Source of the DNA: a virus
IMG/VR virus record: IMGVR_UViG_3300032223_001943
Location: 1-64,000 of that record
Direction: 5' to 3' (one strand)
Length of the DNA: 64,000 bases
The translations under genes were made by a program, and so were the position numbers. The notes below the pieces were generated by a model. It ran no database searches and was not told where the DNA came from. It saw nothing but the letters and a program-made list of their open reading frames with translations. Of this stretch, positions 29,517 through 39,742 are shown in pieces (position 1 is the stretch's first letter; the number at the start of each line of letters is the position of its first letter).

Positions 29517-31217
29517 TTAAAAATTTATTTTCACTCCTGGTAAAGTTTGGTTGGATATTGGATTTCGTTGTAGGGTTATTTTGAATGTTGGGTTTAATTT
29601 CAATTCTGCGGTTGTAATAATCTTTTGAGTACCATTTGGAAGTACGGGTAAACCGAATAAATCAATTTTCAATTTTGAATCCGTTGGTGTGTTTAATACC
29701 GTTTCTAGATTTAAGGTTGGTTGTTTTGGATTTTGATTATTATAATCATTAATCATCTTATTAAGGTTACCGATTGGTTCTTGTTTTGAAGTTGGTTTTA
29801 AGGTATCCATAAATTGTTTGACCAATATTTTATCACGATTGTTATTTAGTTGTTCATTGATTATTTTCGTATGATAATTCTTTAATCCTTCAAACAATTC
29901 ATATTGGGTTAAGAACCTATTAAATTCATCTGTTGTTAATGAACGAGTATCTTTTTTACTACCATCTGGATTATATAATGATACGACTATTTTATTTGTT
30001 TTTTCATCCACACCATCAATAACAAATGTTCGTTTTTCAGTTTTATCACGATCTAGTGGATATAAATTATATACACCAATTTTATATTTTGATGTTATAT
30101 AATCATAAGTTGTTTTACAACCAGAAAAGTCGGTATATCGTTCTTCAAACGCTTCTTCCATTTTTGAAATCCAATCCTCCGCGTCGTTATTAAATCGTTC
30201 AGAATTAAAATCACCTTGATATGGGTATTCATAAGATATTTCAGAATTGATGCTATACCCTTTTTTTTCAACCAATCGTTTAAGGATTTCAAAAATCGTT
30301 AAGTCTTTATCTTTAAACCAATTAACCATCAACCTTAATAGAATGTTAACACTAGTGACATACTTATACATTGGACTTTGCTCCATTATCCCATAATTCG
30401 AAAAAGGATCACCAAAATCTTGTTCAATTAATTGTTCACTATATTGATTACCAGCAATGTTAATTTCATTAACATAGTCTTGACACAACCCCTCAACTTC
30501 TTCTTCAAAATTATCATGTAACAATGTAGAAATCACAATTTCATCATTAAGTTCGATTTTTGGATCGATCATGTTAACTAAATTGTTTATTCGTTCCCTA
30601 TTTTCATCATTTAAATATGGAAGAATATACCCTTCATTCCATTCATTACTAACAATACCATAACCGCTCATGAATTCATAACCTTCATACCCTTGAATAT
30701 TATCAATAAACCAACGATCGTCAGGGTCAATCTCAAACATATCAAAAAAATCATCTTCGGAGTCAAAAACTATTATAACTTTTGATAAAAGTGGATTTTT
30801 TGGGTTGGTGTGTATATCATAAATTAATTTATCATAATCATTATATGATCTATAGTCCACTTCTTCACCTCTACCTATTTTTGTTAACAGTTGATATAAC
30901 TTCCCATAACCGGTAATATTCTTCTGGATGAAATTAAAGTCAGTAAATTCATTATATTCCAATTCTGACTTAAATTCATTTTTTTCAACATCATCAAAAT
31001 CTTTATTATAATATTTAACATTTCCCTGTTTATCCTTGTATATAAACCAGCGATCATTCCCATTAATAATAATATAAAAATCACCATTTCGGAAGACTTT
31101 TCCCCAATCATCTATTAATTCTTTTTCAATATCCTCTGGGGCGTATCGTTCAATATCTTCTTTTGATTGTACGTCGACAATCATCCATCCGTCCTGGTCA
31201 TATATGATATTTTCCAT
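29517..31217 (-). CDS. Large acidic hypothetical protein
   Basis: 566-aa ORF; ATATTTAT motif upstream. Confidence 0.75.
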   Translation of the reverse strand: MENIIYDQDGWMIVDVQSKEDIERYAPEDIEKELIDDWGKVFRNGDFYIIINGNDRWFIYKDKQGNVKYYNKDFDDVEKNEFKSELEYNEFTDFNFIQKNITGYGKLYQLLTKIGRGEEVDYRSYNDYDKLIYDIHTNPKNPLLSKVIIVFDSEDDFFDMFEIDPDDRWFIDNIQGYEGYEFMSGYGIVSNEWNEGYILPYLNDENRERINNLVNMIDPKIELNDEIVISTLLHDNFEEEVEGLCQDYVNEINIAGNQYSEQLIEQDFGDPFSNYGIMEQSPMYKYVTSVNILLRLMVNWFKDKDLTIFEILKRLVEKKGYSINSEISYEYPYQGDFNSERFNNDAEDWISKMEEAFEERYTDFSGCKTTYDYITSKYKIGVYNLYPLDRDKTEKRTFVIDGVDEKTNKIVVSLYNPDGSKKDTRSLTTDEFNRFLTQYELFEGLKNYHTKIINEQLNNNRDKILVKQFMDTLKPTSKQEPIGNLNKMINDYNNQNPKQPTLNLETVLNTPTDSKLKIDLFGLPVLPNGTQKIITTAELKLNPTFKITLQRNPISNQTLPGVKINF

Positions 31218-31315
31218 TTTCTAAATAACTTTTATAATAAATATTAAACCTTCTTGATATATGTCAATATTTATTATATATTTGTATTATAAATGAAACC
31301 GTTCATTGAATTATT

Positions 31316-31700
31316 GGGAGGAATTTGGCTATTGACTGGCATGGTTAGTTGTTCGGGGCACGCAGTGAAATGATATCTATCACTTAAATCCATGGTATCG
31401 ATCTACAAACGGCAACGTTTTAAACAAACTTTCTAAAATCGGATTAATCCGTGAAGAAGAAGTTGTAGTAGCTTAAGAAGTTATAACAACGCGGGTCGGA
31501 GTACATACACCCAGGAACAGAAGTACCTATAAAGACGGAAAAACGATCGAGTCAGGAAATCGGATCGTCCATTGGTTGTCATAGTTACGATGGTGAAGAA
31601 CAAAATGACTATTTCCGGAATGTTAGAAAATATTGTCCTAAGCGTGTAGTCCTTAATGGTTAAGATGACCAACACACGGGATCGTTACCCGTTCCTTCCA
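31316..31700 (+). ncRNA. ssrA: tmRNA
   Basis: 5' GGGAGGA...GG.TATTGAC pairs with 3' TCCTTCC-A, giving a G3:U70 Ala identity pair; T-arm ACGGG-ATCGTTA-CCCGT; tag frame 31411-31476 GNVLNKLSKIGLIREEEVVVA*; TATATTTG upstream and terminator downstream. Confidence 0.88.
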
Positions 31701-31755
31701 CAAAAATGAAACCCCATTCTTAATAAGTTTGGGGTTTTTTTATTATATTTGTTTT

Positions 31756-32130
31756 ATGGATGATAAATTGAAATATAAGATTAGGACATCGGTTGAAAAG
31801 TTGGGTATTATACAAGCTAGAGAATTATTTGGTGATGAACTTATAAAACAATCGTATGTCGATAACCCAGAATCTTATTTGGTTCAATTTAAGAATTTAA
31901 GAAAAATTGAAGATTTATTTATCAATTATATAACTAACCATAATGATGAGTGTGTTGTTTTTTTTTATAACCCTAATAATAAACGTATTTTTTTCAATAA
32001 TACTTTAGTTTGGGATTTTTTTTATGAAATCATGGATTATAATCAAAAAGAAATTGAAAAAATCTTAAGAATTTGGTTGGATGAAAATTATAATATAAAA
32101 TATTCTTTACCTGTTAAAATGATCCAATAA
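31756..32130 (+). CDS. Paralog family member 4
   Basis: MDDKLKYKIR..VEKLG..Q..ELFGDELIKQ.YVDNPESYL; 52-nt upstream block identical to that of member 3. Confidence 0.75.
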   Translation: MDDKLKYKIRTSVEKLGIIQARELFGDELIKQSYVDNPESYLVQFKNLRKIEDLFINYITNHNDECVVFFYNPNNKRIFFNNTLVWDFFYEIMDYNQKEIEKILRIWLDENYNIKYSLPVKMIQ

Positions 32131-32164
32131 AAAACCCCACCTTTTTATTGAGTGGGGTTTATTA

Positions 32165-33229
32165 TTATTTTATATATCTAAAATCTTGGTTGTTTTGAAT
32201 TGATAATAGGGAATGGTATAATAATTTAATGACCGTCTTAACATCCTTTTTGTCCACAGTTTCAATTTGACTGTGCATGTACTTCAAAGGAAGTGAAATC
32301 AATTGTGAAGCAACACCCCCATTTGTTTTATATATAGCTCCGGTATCTGTCCCTGAATTCCCATTATATGTTGCACGTTGAAATTTAATTTTATTTTGTT
32401 TGGCAACTTCAAGTACTTGTTTATGTAAATTCAATTGGATATCCGCACCCCTAAATATAACTGGACCTTCGCCACATTTTGTATCACCAGCTGTTATTGG
32501 ATCCATTAATGGTGTTGATGTATCATGACAAACATCGGTAACTAAAGCAACATTTGGTTTAATGGATGTTGCGATCATATGTGCACCAACCAACCCAATT
32601 TCTTCTTGAACGGCATTTACGAAATATACACTAAAAGGTAGTTCAATATTATTTTCTTTTAACTTTTTAGCAACTTGTGCAATCATGTAACCACCAATTC
32701 TATTATCTAACGCCCTGGAAATATAACGACCTTTACGTTCAACAAATTTGGTATTATAAACTAATGGAGCTCCAACGTAAATTCCCATTTCTTCGACCTC
32801 TTCTTTTGATTTTGCTTCAATATCAATAAAAAGATTTTCAACTTTTGGTGTTAATTCGGCTTTACCACCTTTACGTTCATGAATTGCCAACCATCCAAAA
32901 TGACCATCCACAATTCCTTTTTCACCTAAAATCTGAACTGAAGTCCCTGGTGCTATTTGGTGATCACTTCCCCCATTTCTAACAACCCTTAAGAATCCTT
33001 TACTATCAATGTGTGATACTGTCCATCCAATTTCATCTGAATGTGCTTCTAACATCACCTTATATTCTTTTCCCGGGTTTACAACACCAACCGCAGTACC
33101 ATATACATCTGTATAAACTTCATCAACATATGGTCTAATATAATCCAACCAGATTTGTTGTCCCTCAACTTCCATTCCAGTTGGGGATGTTGCGTTAAGG
33201 TATTTTTCTAAAAATTCTTTTTTCTTCAT
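32165..33229 (-). CDS. M42 family aminopeptidase
   Basis: AHSDEIG, ALDNRIG, VQEEIGL.GA, TDV, GTD, PLKYMHS..E motifs. Confidence 0.92.
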   Translation of the reverse strand: MKKKEFLEKYLNATSPTGMEVEGQQIWLDYIRPYVDEVYTDVYGTAVGVVNPGKEYKVMLEAHSDEIGWTVSHIDSKGFLRVVRNGGSDHQIAPGTSVQILGEKGIVDGHFGWLAIHERKGGKAELTPKVENLFIDIEAKSKEEVEEMGIYVGAPLVYNTKFVERKGRYISRALDNRIGGYMIAQVAKKLKENNIELPFSVYFVNAVQEEIGLVGAHMIATSIKPNVALVTDVCHDTSTPLMDPITAGDTKCGEGPVIFRGADIQLNLHKQVLEVAKQNKIKFQRATYNGNSGTDTGAIYKTNGGVASQLISLPLKYMHSQIETVDKKDVKTVIKLLYHSLLSIQNNQDFRYIK

Positions 33230-33289
33230 TAATATTATTCTTTAATAGGTATATTCAATAAAAAACCCCCATGTTTTATGGGGGGTTTT

Positions 33290-33562
33290 TTATTTATTAT
33301 CTACGTAGTTTTTTAATTGATCGTATCGTTTATCGATTATACGATGAATATCGTTTACATGATCTATTAGATTTCTATTGATATCTTGAGAATCATTTGC
33401 AAAATCACGATATAAATTATCAAACCTACGATTAAAAATTTCCGATTCCGCACGAGAATCATTTTTGAGTCCATTTAACTTAACCATCCCAATAATAACT
33501 GTAACTACTAAAGTAATAACAACTACCAAAAGAATACCCAAACTAAAATATAATCCTTCCAT
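33290..33562 (-). CDS. Small membrane-anchored protein
   Basis: N-terminal hydrophobic helix followed by coiled coil. Confidence 0.7.
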   Translation of the reverse strand: MEGLYFSLGILLVVVITLVVTVIIGMVKLNGLKNDSRAESEIFNRRFDNLYRDFANDSQDINRNLIDHVNDIHRIIDKRYDQLKNYVDNK

Positions 33563-33584
33563 ATCCTTAATTTGTTAATAAATT

Positions 33585-33746
33585 TTATGCTATTTCTTGG
33601 TTGTTTTTCTCAACATAAACATTATCCGTACCATAATAATGTGCCCTAACTTCAGCTAACTCAACGTTTGAAGTGTACAATTTGTGACCTTTTTGTGTTT
33701 TGTAGAAAAATATTAAATTTTCAACTACTTGTGTTTGTTCTTCCAT
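33585..33746 (-). CDS. Small hypothetical protein (53 aa, below the ORF-track cutoff)
   Basis: MEEQTQVVENLIFFYKTQKGHKLYTSNVELAEVRAHYYGTDNVYVEKNNQEIA*. Confidence 0.55.
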   Translation of the reverse strand: MEEQTQVVENLIFFYKTQKGHKLYTSNVELAEVRAHYYGTDNVYVEKNNQEIA

Positions 33747-33807
33747 ATTATTTAATTTTAATTTTTATAATTAAATCTTAAACAATTCATATTGGATAGT
33801 CAAGTTA

Positions 33808-34947
33808 TCACTTCAATAATCTTTTAATTTTTTCAACTTCTTCATTTATATTTTTAGAATATATATTTTTTATTCCAGGAATATCCCCCTTATCATATAT
33901 ATTCTTTATTGAAGTGTCATCATTTTTTTTATATACATTTTTAATCGGAGGGATGTCACCTTTATCGTATATATTCTTAATTGTTGAATCATTTTTAGTT
34001 GGTGTTTTTTGTTTTTCTTCTTTTTTAAACCATCTTCTTAAGTCCCCACCATCTACTTCAATAACAATTTTTTTAGTTGCTGTATAACCAATAATTTCAC
34101 CACGTCCTAAAGTTGACCCTTCACTAACTTTTATATTTGTTAAGTTTTTTATGGTTATATTAAATTGTTCATATTTCTGAGTGATTGTTAATACAATACT
34201 ATCTTGTTTTTTTTCAATAACTTCAGCATTATATGGTGAAACAACTTTTGAATTGGGTTCAACCCTTAACCCAACAATTTGTTTTGATAATGAAGTTATT
34301 TCAGTATATGATACTGGTTTTGTAAATTCATCGTATCTGATTGATTCGGTTAGAACTCTTGATAATCTTCGAAATCTATTAACTTCTTCGTTTATCCCCA
34401 TCGTATTTAATCCTTTTTTTAATGGTGATAATAAAGTATTCCAGGTAATATCCCCACTTTTAGTATCAGTTGTGGATGTACTTGCCCCCGTTGATGTTGA
34501 CACACCACCCCCACTTTTTCTAGAAATATGAATATGGTTATCGTGTCCTGGGGAACCAAAAGTTAAAACCGCTTTATCATTACCGGATTCTTGATTTTGA
34601 ATGTAACCCATATTAACAAGTTCATTTACGAATTTCATAATTCCATCGTAAATACCCAACGATCTTGCTTGTTGTTCACCACCAGAAAAACCTTTACCAT
34701 TAACCATCGCAATATCCACAGCGTTCCCTTGTTCGTGTCTTGAACCTTTATCATGACCACTAACAGCGGTAGTTATGGTAACCTTAATACCTGCTTGTGT
34801 TGCCGCTTTATCAACATCCGCCAATAGGGATGGGTTAATAAGATCTTTTGTTGGTGTTGAACTACCAACAACTTTATCCTTAAAATCGGTGTTTTTATAT
34901 AAAGACGGGTTAACCGCTTGAACATCTTCGTTGAAATTTTTCTTCAT
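33808..34947 (-). CDS. Peptidase M15-like cell-wall hydrolase fused to a degenerate M23-like domain
   Basis: SRH..GNAVDI...H.NHIH.S; V.SPY..EV...IKV..G..L.RGE.IG; C-terminal IKNIYDKGDIP repeats. Confidence 0.65.
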   Translation of the reverse strand: MKKNFNEDVQAVNPSLYKNTDFKDKVVGSSTPTKDLINPSLLADVDKAATQAGIKVTITTAVSGHDKGSRHEQGNAVDIAMVNGKGFSGGEQQARSLGIYDGIMKFVNELVNMGYIQNQESGNDKAVLTFGSPGHDNHIHISRKSGGGVSTSTGASTSTTDTKSGDITWNTLLSPLKKGLNTMGINEEVNRFRRLSRVLTESIRYDEFTKPVSYTEITSLSKQIVGLRVEPNSKVVSPYNAEVIEKKQDSIVLTITQKYEQFNITIKNLTNIKVSEGSTLGRGEIIGYTATKKIVIEVDGGDLRRWFKKEEKQKTPTKNDSTIKNIYDKGDIPPIKNVYKKNDDTSIKNIYDKGDIPGIKNIYSKNINEEVEKIKRLLK

Positions 34948-35002
34948 ACAAATAAATATCTTTATAATATAAAAAACCCACCTTTATAAGATGGGTTTAA
35001 TT

Positions 35003-35353
35003 TTATATTTCCGAATCATCAATCCGTTTAACCATTTCGGATTTGGTATAAACTTCTTCACCGGTATCGAATTTCAATAATAAATCTAAGGTTATTTCCG
35101 TATCCAATAATTCCTCCAAATACCTATGATTGCAGTCGGTATCAATCACAATTGCTGTTTGTTTGAATAAAGGATCGATTCCGGTATAATGGACTCCGGT
35201 ATTTTTTTCAACATTATACGACCCATCCCACACCAAAACACGATCCCCGATTTCTTTAACTCGGTCATCCTTATGTTGTCGTATATATTCCTGAACTTCA
35301 TCAATAAATTTTAATACTTCCGAAATGTTAATTTTATCTTTTTCTTCGTCCAT
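35003..35353 (-). CDS. Hypothetical protein
   Basis: ORF track. Confidence 0.65.
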   Translation of the reverse strand: MDEEKDKINISEVLKFIDEVQEYIRQHKDDRVKEIGDRVLVWDGSYNVEKNTGVHYTGIDPLFKQTAIVIDTDCNHRYLEELLDTEITLDLLLKFDTGEEVYTKSEMVKRIDDSEI

Positions 35354-35553
35354 GACTTTTATTTTTCTAATAAACAACTAAATTCATTGAGAATATTATC
35401 ATCAATATCTTTTACAATAACTGTTAAGTTATTTCCATCTGTTTTGAAATGGATTGAACCATTCCCTAGATCAACCGATCCGTCTTTTGGACCGATTGTT
35501 GTTTTTGTGTTATTTTTAATATCCCAATAATTCATAATCCAAATATATATAAT

Positions 35554-36396
35554 TTATCTTATTCCACCAAATATATGTGCGATAACATCAACTGTCCAAC
35601 CATCACCTAATACACACGCCGCATCATTTCTTGACACCATTGATGTATAATCCATTGGCATAGTTTGTGCTCGTTCCATTTCTCGGTGTGTCATATATCT
35701 AACATCACCTTCTTCGGCCAATCCATAATCTTCTTTTAATTTATTATATGTTTCTTCATCCCTAAAAATAACTTGCCAAAACCCATATAAAAAATATCTT
35801 CTAGCGATTTTAACTGGGTTCTTTAAAGGTCTAGAATACGATTCTAATAAACATAAACCTTTTTCTCGATCAACATAACCATTATCAATAATATCACCCA
35901 ACTTAACACCTTTATCTTTTGGTAAACCATCGAATGGAATATTCGTCCAATAAAAACGATCACGCATCGCACCGCTAACTAATGAACTATTTATCCTAAC
36001 TGGTTGTACCCCCAATTCTTCACTAATCAAGTCTTGCCATTCTTTTTTCATTCTAACATTTTCCAACAAGAAATAGGTTGGTTTAACTTCTCGTAAAACT
36101 CTAATGTACTCCCAAAATAATCCGGATTTTTCACCATCAACACCTTTTTGTACTTTATTCGCCCTACTGAAATCTTGACAAGGTGAACCACCAAATAATA
36201 AATCTATTTTTGGTAAATCATCACCCTTCAATTCTTTTATATCACCCAACTGAATCGTATTTGGATAATTATGTTGTGTGATGTTAATGGCGTGTGGTTT
36301 TATTTCCGACGCATAATATTTATCGTACTCTACGCCAGCACGATTGAGGGCAACTTGACCACAAGAAATACCATCAAAAAGACTTAATACATTCAT
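35554..36396 (-). CDS. DNA cytosine-5 methyltransferase
   Basis: VLSLFDGI..G, GGSPCQDFS, LLENV, R.R.YW and C-terminal GDGW motifs. Confidence 0.93.
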   Translation of the reverse strand: MNVLSLFDGISCGQVALNRAGVEYDKYYASEIKPHAINITQHNYPNTIQLGDIKELKGDDLPKIDLLFGGSPCQDFSRANKVQKGVDGEKSGLFWEYIRVLREVKPTYFLLENVRMKKEWQDLISEELGVQPVRINSSLVSGAMRDRFYWTNIPFDGLPKDKGVKLGDIIDNGYVDREKGLCLLESYSRPLKNPVKIARRYFLYGFWQVIFRDEETYNKLKEDYGLAEEGDVRYMTHREMERAQTMPMDYTSMVSRNDAACVLGDGWTVDVIAHIFGGIR

Positions 36397-36413
36397 TGTA
36401 AAAATATAAGATA

Positions 36414-37361
36414 TTACTTAAAGTTATCAATAATGATTTTAACAATTTCACCCCCAATTCTACCTTGAGCTTCATTTGTCGCGGCACCGATATGGGGTGT
36501 TGAAATTATTTTGGGGTGGGATAATAAATCCTTATTTGGATTTGGTTCATTTTCAAAAACATCTAATCCTGCTGAAAATACTTTATCGTTATCCAAATTT
36601 TTGATTAATTCTTCTTCATCAATAACTCCACCCCTTGAAGTGTTAATTAATATAACGTCATCCTTCATTAATTCGAATTCAGATTTACCAATAACCGGTT
36701 TATTTCCTTCTTGTTTTGGTACATGTACCGAAATATAATCACAAATTGGTAGTATTTCATTAATATCAGTTTTAACGTCAATATAAGTCGTTAATTTATG
36801 TTTATCACTTGATATGGACACACCAACCGTTTTTTCTTCAATATCAATTGCAACAACATCCATTCCAACACCAATTGCGTATGACGCTAAAGTTTGACCA
36901 ATTCTTCCAAAACCAATTATTCCCAATGTTTTACCCCTCAATTCAATCCCTGAACCATATTCTTTTTTAAGTTTATTAAAATCACCAGATTCAATATTTC
37001 TAGATGAACTACCAATAAACCTTGAAGTACTAAACATTAATCCAATAACAAGTTCCGCAACGGATTGGGAAGATGACGCTGGTGTGTTAAATACAAATAT
37101 CCCCTTTTCCCTTGCGTAGTTAACATCAATATTATCCATACCAACACCACCCCTTCCGATGAATTTAATCCCTGGACAATTGTCAATAATATCTTGTCTA
37201 ATTTTTGTGGCACTTCTAACTAAAATACCTTCATAATTTTCTTTATTGATAACCTCAATTAAATCTTCTTGATTTACTTTTTCGGTGATAACAATAAAAC
37301 CTTCTTTTTCTAATTCTAGTTTTGATTCACTAGAAATTCCGTCATTTGCTAATATTTTCAT
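36414..37361 (-). CDS. serA: D-3-phosphoglycerate dehydrogenase-like 2-hydroxyacid dehydrogenase, no ACT domain
   Basis: ILANDG, VRSATK, RGGVGMDNID, GIIGFGRIG, INTSRGG, LDVFENEP, TPHIGA.T.EAQ. Confidence 0.85.
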   Translation of the reverse strand: MKILANDGISSESKLELEKEGFIVITEKVNQEDLIEVINKENYEGILVRSATKIRQDIIDNCPGIKFIGRGGVGMDNIDVNYAREKGIFVFNTPASSSQSVAELVIGLMFSTSRFIGSSSRNIESGDFNKLKKEYGSGIELRGKTLGIIGFGRIGQTLASYAIGVGMDVVAIDIEEKTVGVSISSDKHKLTTYIDVKTDINEILPICDYISVHVPKQEGNKPVIGKSEFELMKDDVILINTSRGGVIDEEELIKNLDNDKVFSAGLDVFENEPNPNKDLLSHPKIISTPHIGAATNEAQGRIGGEIVKIIIDNFK

Positions 37362-37779
37362 TTAATACTTTTTTTAATTCATTATATGCTTTATGATATT
37401 TTTGTAAACGTTCAAAATCTTTTGATGTTAATTCTTTTAATCTGGTGATGTTCATATTATCTTCCAGATCCGATATTTTAACTACCAACGATAATGAATT
37501 GTTTTTAACTCGGTTTAGATAATCACTATATTTTTCCCCCTTTATTTTGGTTAAACAAACCACCGCGTCAACAATATTCGTTGGAAATTCTAACCTTAAA
37601 TCATCTTCCGTCCATTCTTCACAATCCTCCAATAAATCATGGAGTAAACCAACAACTATTTCATCTGTCTTTTCTAATTTACCACTAACCCTAATTAAGT
37701 GGTGAAGATAAGGATGACCACCCTTATCCACTTTATCGTGAAACGCTTGTTCAACTATTTTAATCGCCTTATCAATCAT
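37342..37779 (-). CDS. HD-domain protein, small (p)ppGpp-hydrolase-like
   Basis: DKGG.PY..H..RV, LLHDLLED, VK..DL.DN motifs. Confidence 0.85.
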   Translation of the reverse strand: MIDKAIKIVEQAFHDKVDKGGHPYLHHLIRVSGKLEKTDEIVVGLLHDLLEDCEEWTEDDLRLEFPTNIVDAVVCLTKIKGEKYSDYLNRVKNNSLSLVVKISDLEDNMNITRLKELTSKDFERLQKYHKAYNELKKVLNENISK

Positions 37780-37782
37780 AAT

Positions 37783-38238
37783 TTATACTGTATGTTCGAT
37801 TTGTATTCTAACACAAGTTTGTTTTTGACCTTCGTTCTTTAAGAAATTGTTAATATAACCACAGATATTACCCGAGCCGACTGGATTATGTGAGTGAACA
37901 ACAACTTCAGGAAATTTAATTGGTGTTTGTTTTTTTTCCGAACGAGTCATTTCAATTCTATCTGGGTTTTTATTATAGAATTCATCTACCAACCATTTAG
38001 CAACATCATACCCAGTTTTTTCCTCAATGTTATTATAATCTATAGTATAGTTTTTAATAGTGTTACTAAAGTATTCCTTCATAGCAGTATCACCCAAATC
38101 ATGATCCAACGATATTAAAGAAATGTTTTCAATACCTAACTTTTGAACTAGGTTAACACACTCGTGGAAATTTCTAACCACCAACCAATCTTTTTCAACT
38201 GGTGTACGTAGGTCATCTAAATAAATTTTCGATTTCAT
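37783..38238 (-). CDS. Cyclic-phosphate-processing receiver-like domain protein
   Basis: IYLDD.R, ISLDHDLG, TGYD, VHS.NPVG motifs. Confidence 0.8.
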   Translation of the reverse strand: MKSKIYLDDLRTPVEKDWLVVRNFHECVNLVQKLGIENISLISLDHDLGDTAMKEYFSNTIKNYTIDYNNIEEKTGYDVAKWLVDEFYNKNPDRIEMTRSEKKQTPIKFPEVVVHSHNPVGSGNICGYINNFLKNEGQKQTCVRIQIEHTV

Positions 38239-38335
38239 AATTTTCGTTTTATACGAACAAATGTAGTAAAAATAATTAAATAAAAAAATCCGAACTATTA
38301 ATTCGGATTTAATTGTACGTAATGATACGTACTTG

Positions 38336-38422
38336 AGGAAAAGGAGGGATTTGAACCCCCGGAACCCTTTCAGGTTCGCGGCTTTTCAAGAGCCGTGCAA
38401 TCAACCACTCTGCCACTTTTCC
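38336..38422 (-). tRNA. tRNA-Ser(TGA)
   Basis: GGAAAAG acceptor, TGGCAGAGTGG D-arm, CGGCT-CTTGAAA-AGCCG anticodon arm, long variable arm, GGTTCAAATCC T-loop; CCA not encoded. Confidence 0.95.
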
Positions 38423-38452
38423 TTAATATTATAACATTAAATATAACAATTT

Positions 38453-38998
38453 TTATTTTTTTATCAATACATATAAATTATTTGTACCATATTCGGTGGG
38501 GGAATTAACATTAATCTTAATCATTTCATCATTCAATTTCCCTGACTTAAACATCTTCCTAGATAATACCAAACATCCTTTTGGGATTTTAGCATATATC
38601 ATTTCATCAATATTCGTTGGAAATAGTGTGTTGTCGGTATATATTACGGTGGCATCACTTATATCAACATTTACGAAATTATCATTAATGAATTCAATGT
38701 TATTACCAGGACTAATACCAACCGAATAATTATATCGTTCAACACTATATTCAATACCACAAGATTTTTTAAGATTACATCTTAAACCAATATGAATAAC
38801 TAGTTTACCTAAACCTGAACCTAGATCATAAAATACTGTGTTTTCATTAAAATAATCCTTGAAGGTTTTAATTATTTCTTCAACGGAGTCATATCCAATT
38901 TCACCATAACCTTCAGCCCCTACAACAGCTCGGTTAAACTCGGTTTTATTATAAACTTGTTTATTATTATTCCGATATAGTAGTTGAATTTCGTTCAT
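38453..38998 (-). CDS. Class I SAM methyltransferase, DOT1-like
   Basis: YGEI, FYDLGSG.GK, GIE....R, F...D...ATVIY..N..F motifs. Confidence 0.75.
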   Translation of the reverse strand: MNEIQLLYRNNNKQVYNKTEFNRAVVGAEGYGEIGYDSVEEIIKTFKDYFNENTVFYDLGSGLGKLVIHIGLRCNLKKSCGIEYSVERYNYSVGISPGNNIEFINDNFVNVDISDATVIYTDNTLFPTNIDEMIYAKIPKGCLVLSRKMFKSGKLNDEMIKINVNSPTEYGTNNLYVLIKK

Positions 38999-39380
38999 TT
39001 TTGATTCTACTAATTAATTGTTTAATTATTTTTAATCTAATCTTAAATAAAATTGGATTCATTTTAAGATTTTCTCGACTGGAAGGACATGTACCTTTTA
39101 TTATTTGCTTATTTTTCATTTCTTAAATTGGTTAGATAAAAAACCCCCATCTTATTCAAACGGGGGAATTTAAAAAAAATATTACGACGGTTTAACGAGA
39201 CTTTATTGAACCAAATATATTTATTTGGTTAAAATCAATTCATTACAATTATAAATATACATAAAATAACTTAAAGTCATTTTTTTAATGAAATATAACT
39301 ATCAAACTCGTACAGATATTGTAAATATTCTGGTGAATTGATAAATTCTTCATGTAGTTGTTGATGAATATCGCCCATAA

Positions 39381-39557
39381 CTATATTTTTTTAACTGAAT
39401 AAATATGTCCAGAATCTGAATTGGTTTCAAACGCATCTTTAATACCCATTGCAGATTCAAAATCATTAAATTCCCAGATTTCAGATTGGGAGTTCAATAA
39501 AATCACCGGTAATACTTTACCATTTTTCTTCTTAACATTTTTCACTATTACAAACAT
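39381..39557 (-). CDS. Small hypothetical protein (58 aa)
   Basis: MFVIVKNVKKKNGKVLPVILLNSQSEIWEF...KKI*, preceded by TATATTTG at about 39576-39583. Confidence 0.6.
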   Translation of the reverse strand: MFVIVKNVKKKNGKVLPVILLNSQSEIWEFNDFESAMGIKDAFETNSDSGHIYSVKKI

Positions 39558-39742
39558 AACCTTTAATTTTTTCTACAAATATAACTATTTTTTTCTAATA
39601 TCCTAACTTGTTTTTAGATAAATAAAAATTTATATTTTTTAATATCAAGATAAACATGGACAACGTTTTAGTATTTAATCCTGAAGTGTATCGGATTTTT
39701 GAAGAATTCAAAAAAGAAATATATTTATAGTTAAAATAGAAT

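Noticed and set aside
31481-31675. 64-aa minus-strand ORF
   Set aside because: Lies entirely within the tmRNA on the opposite strand.
23308-32130. Diversity-generating retroelement behind the paralog family
   Set aside because: No reverse transcriptase in the window and no near-identical TR/VR pair with adenine-specific differences.
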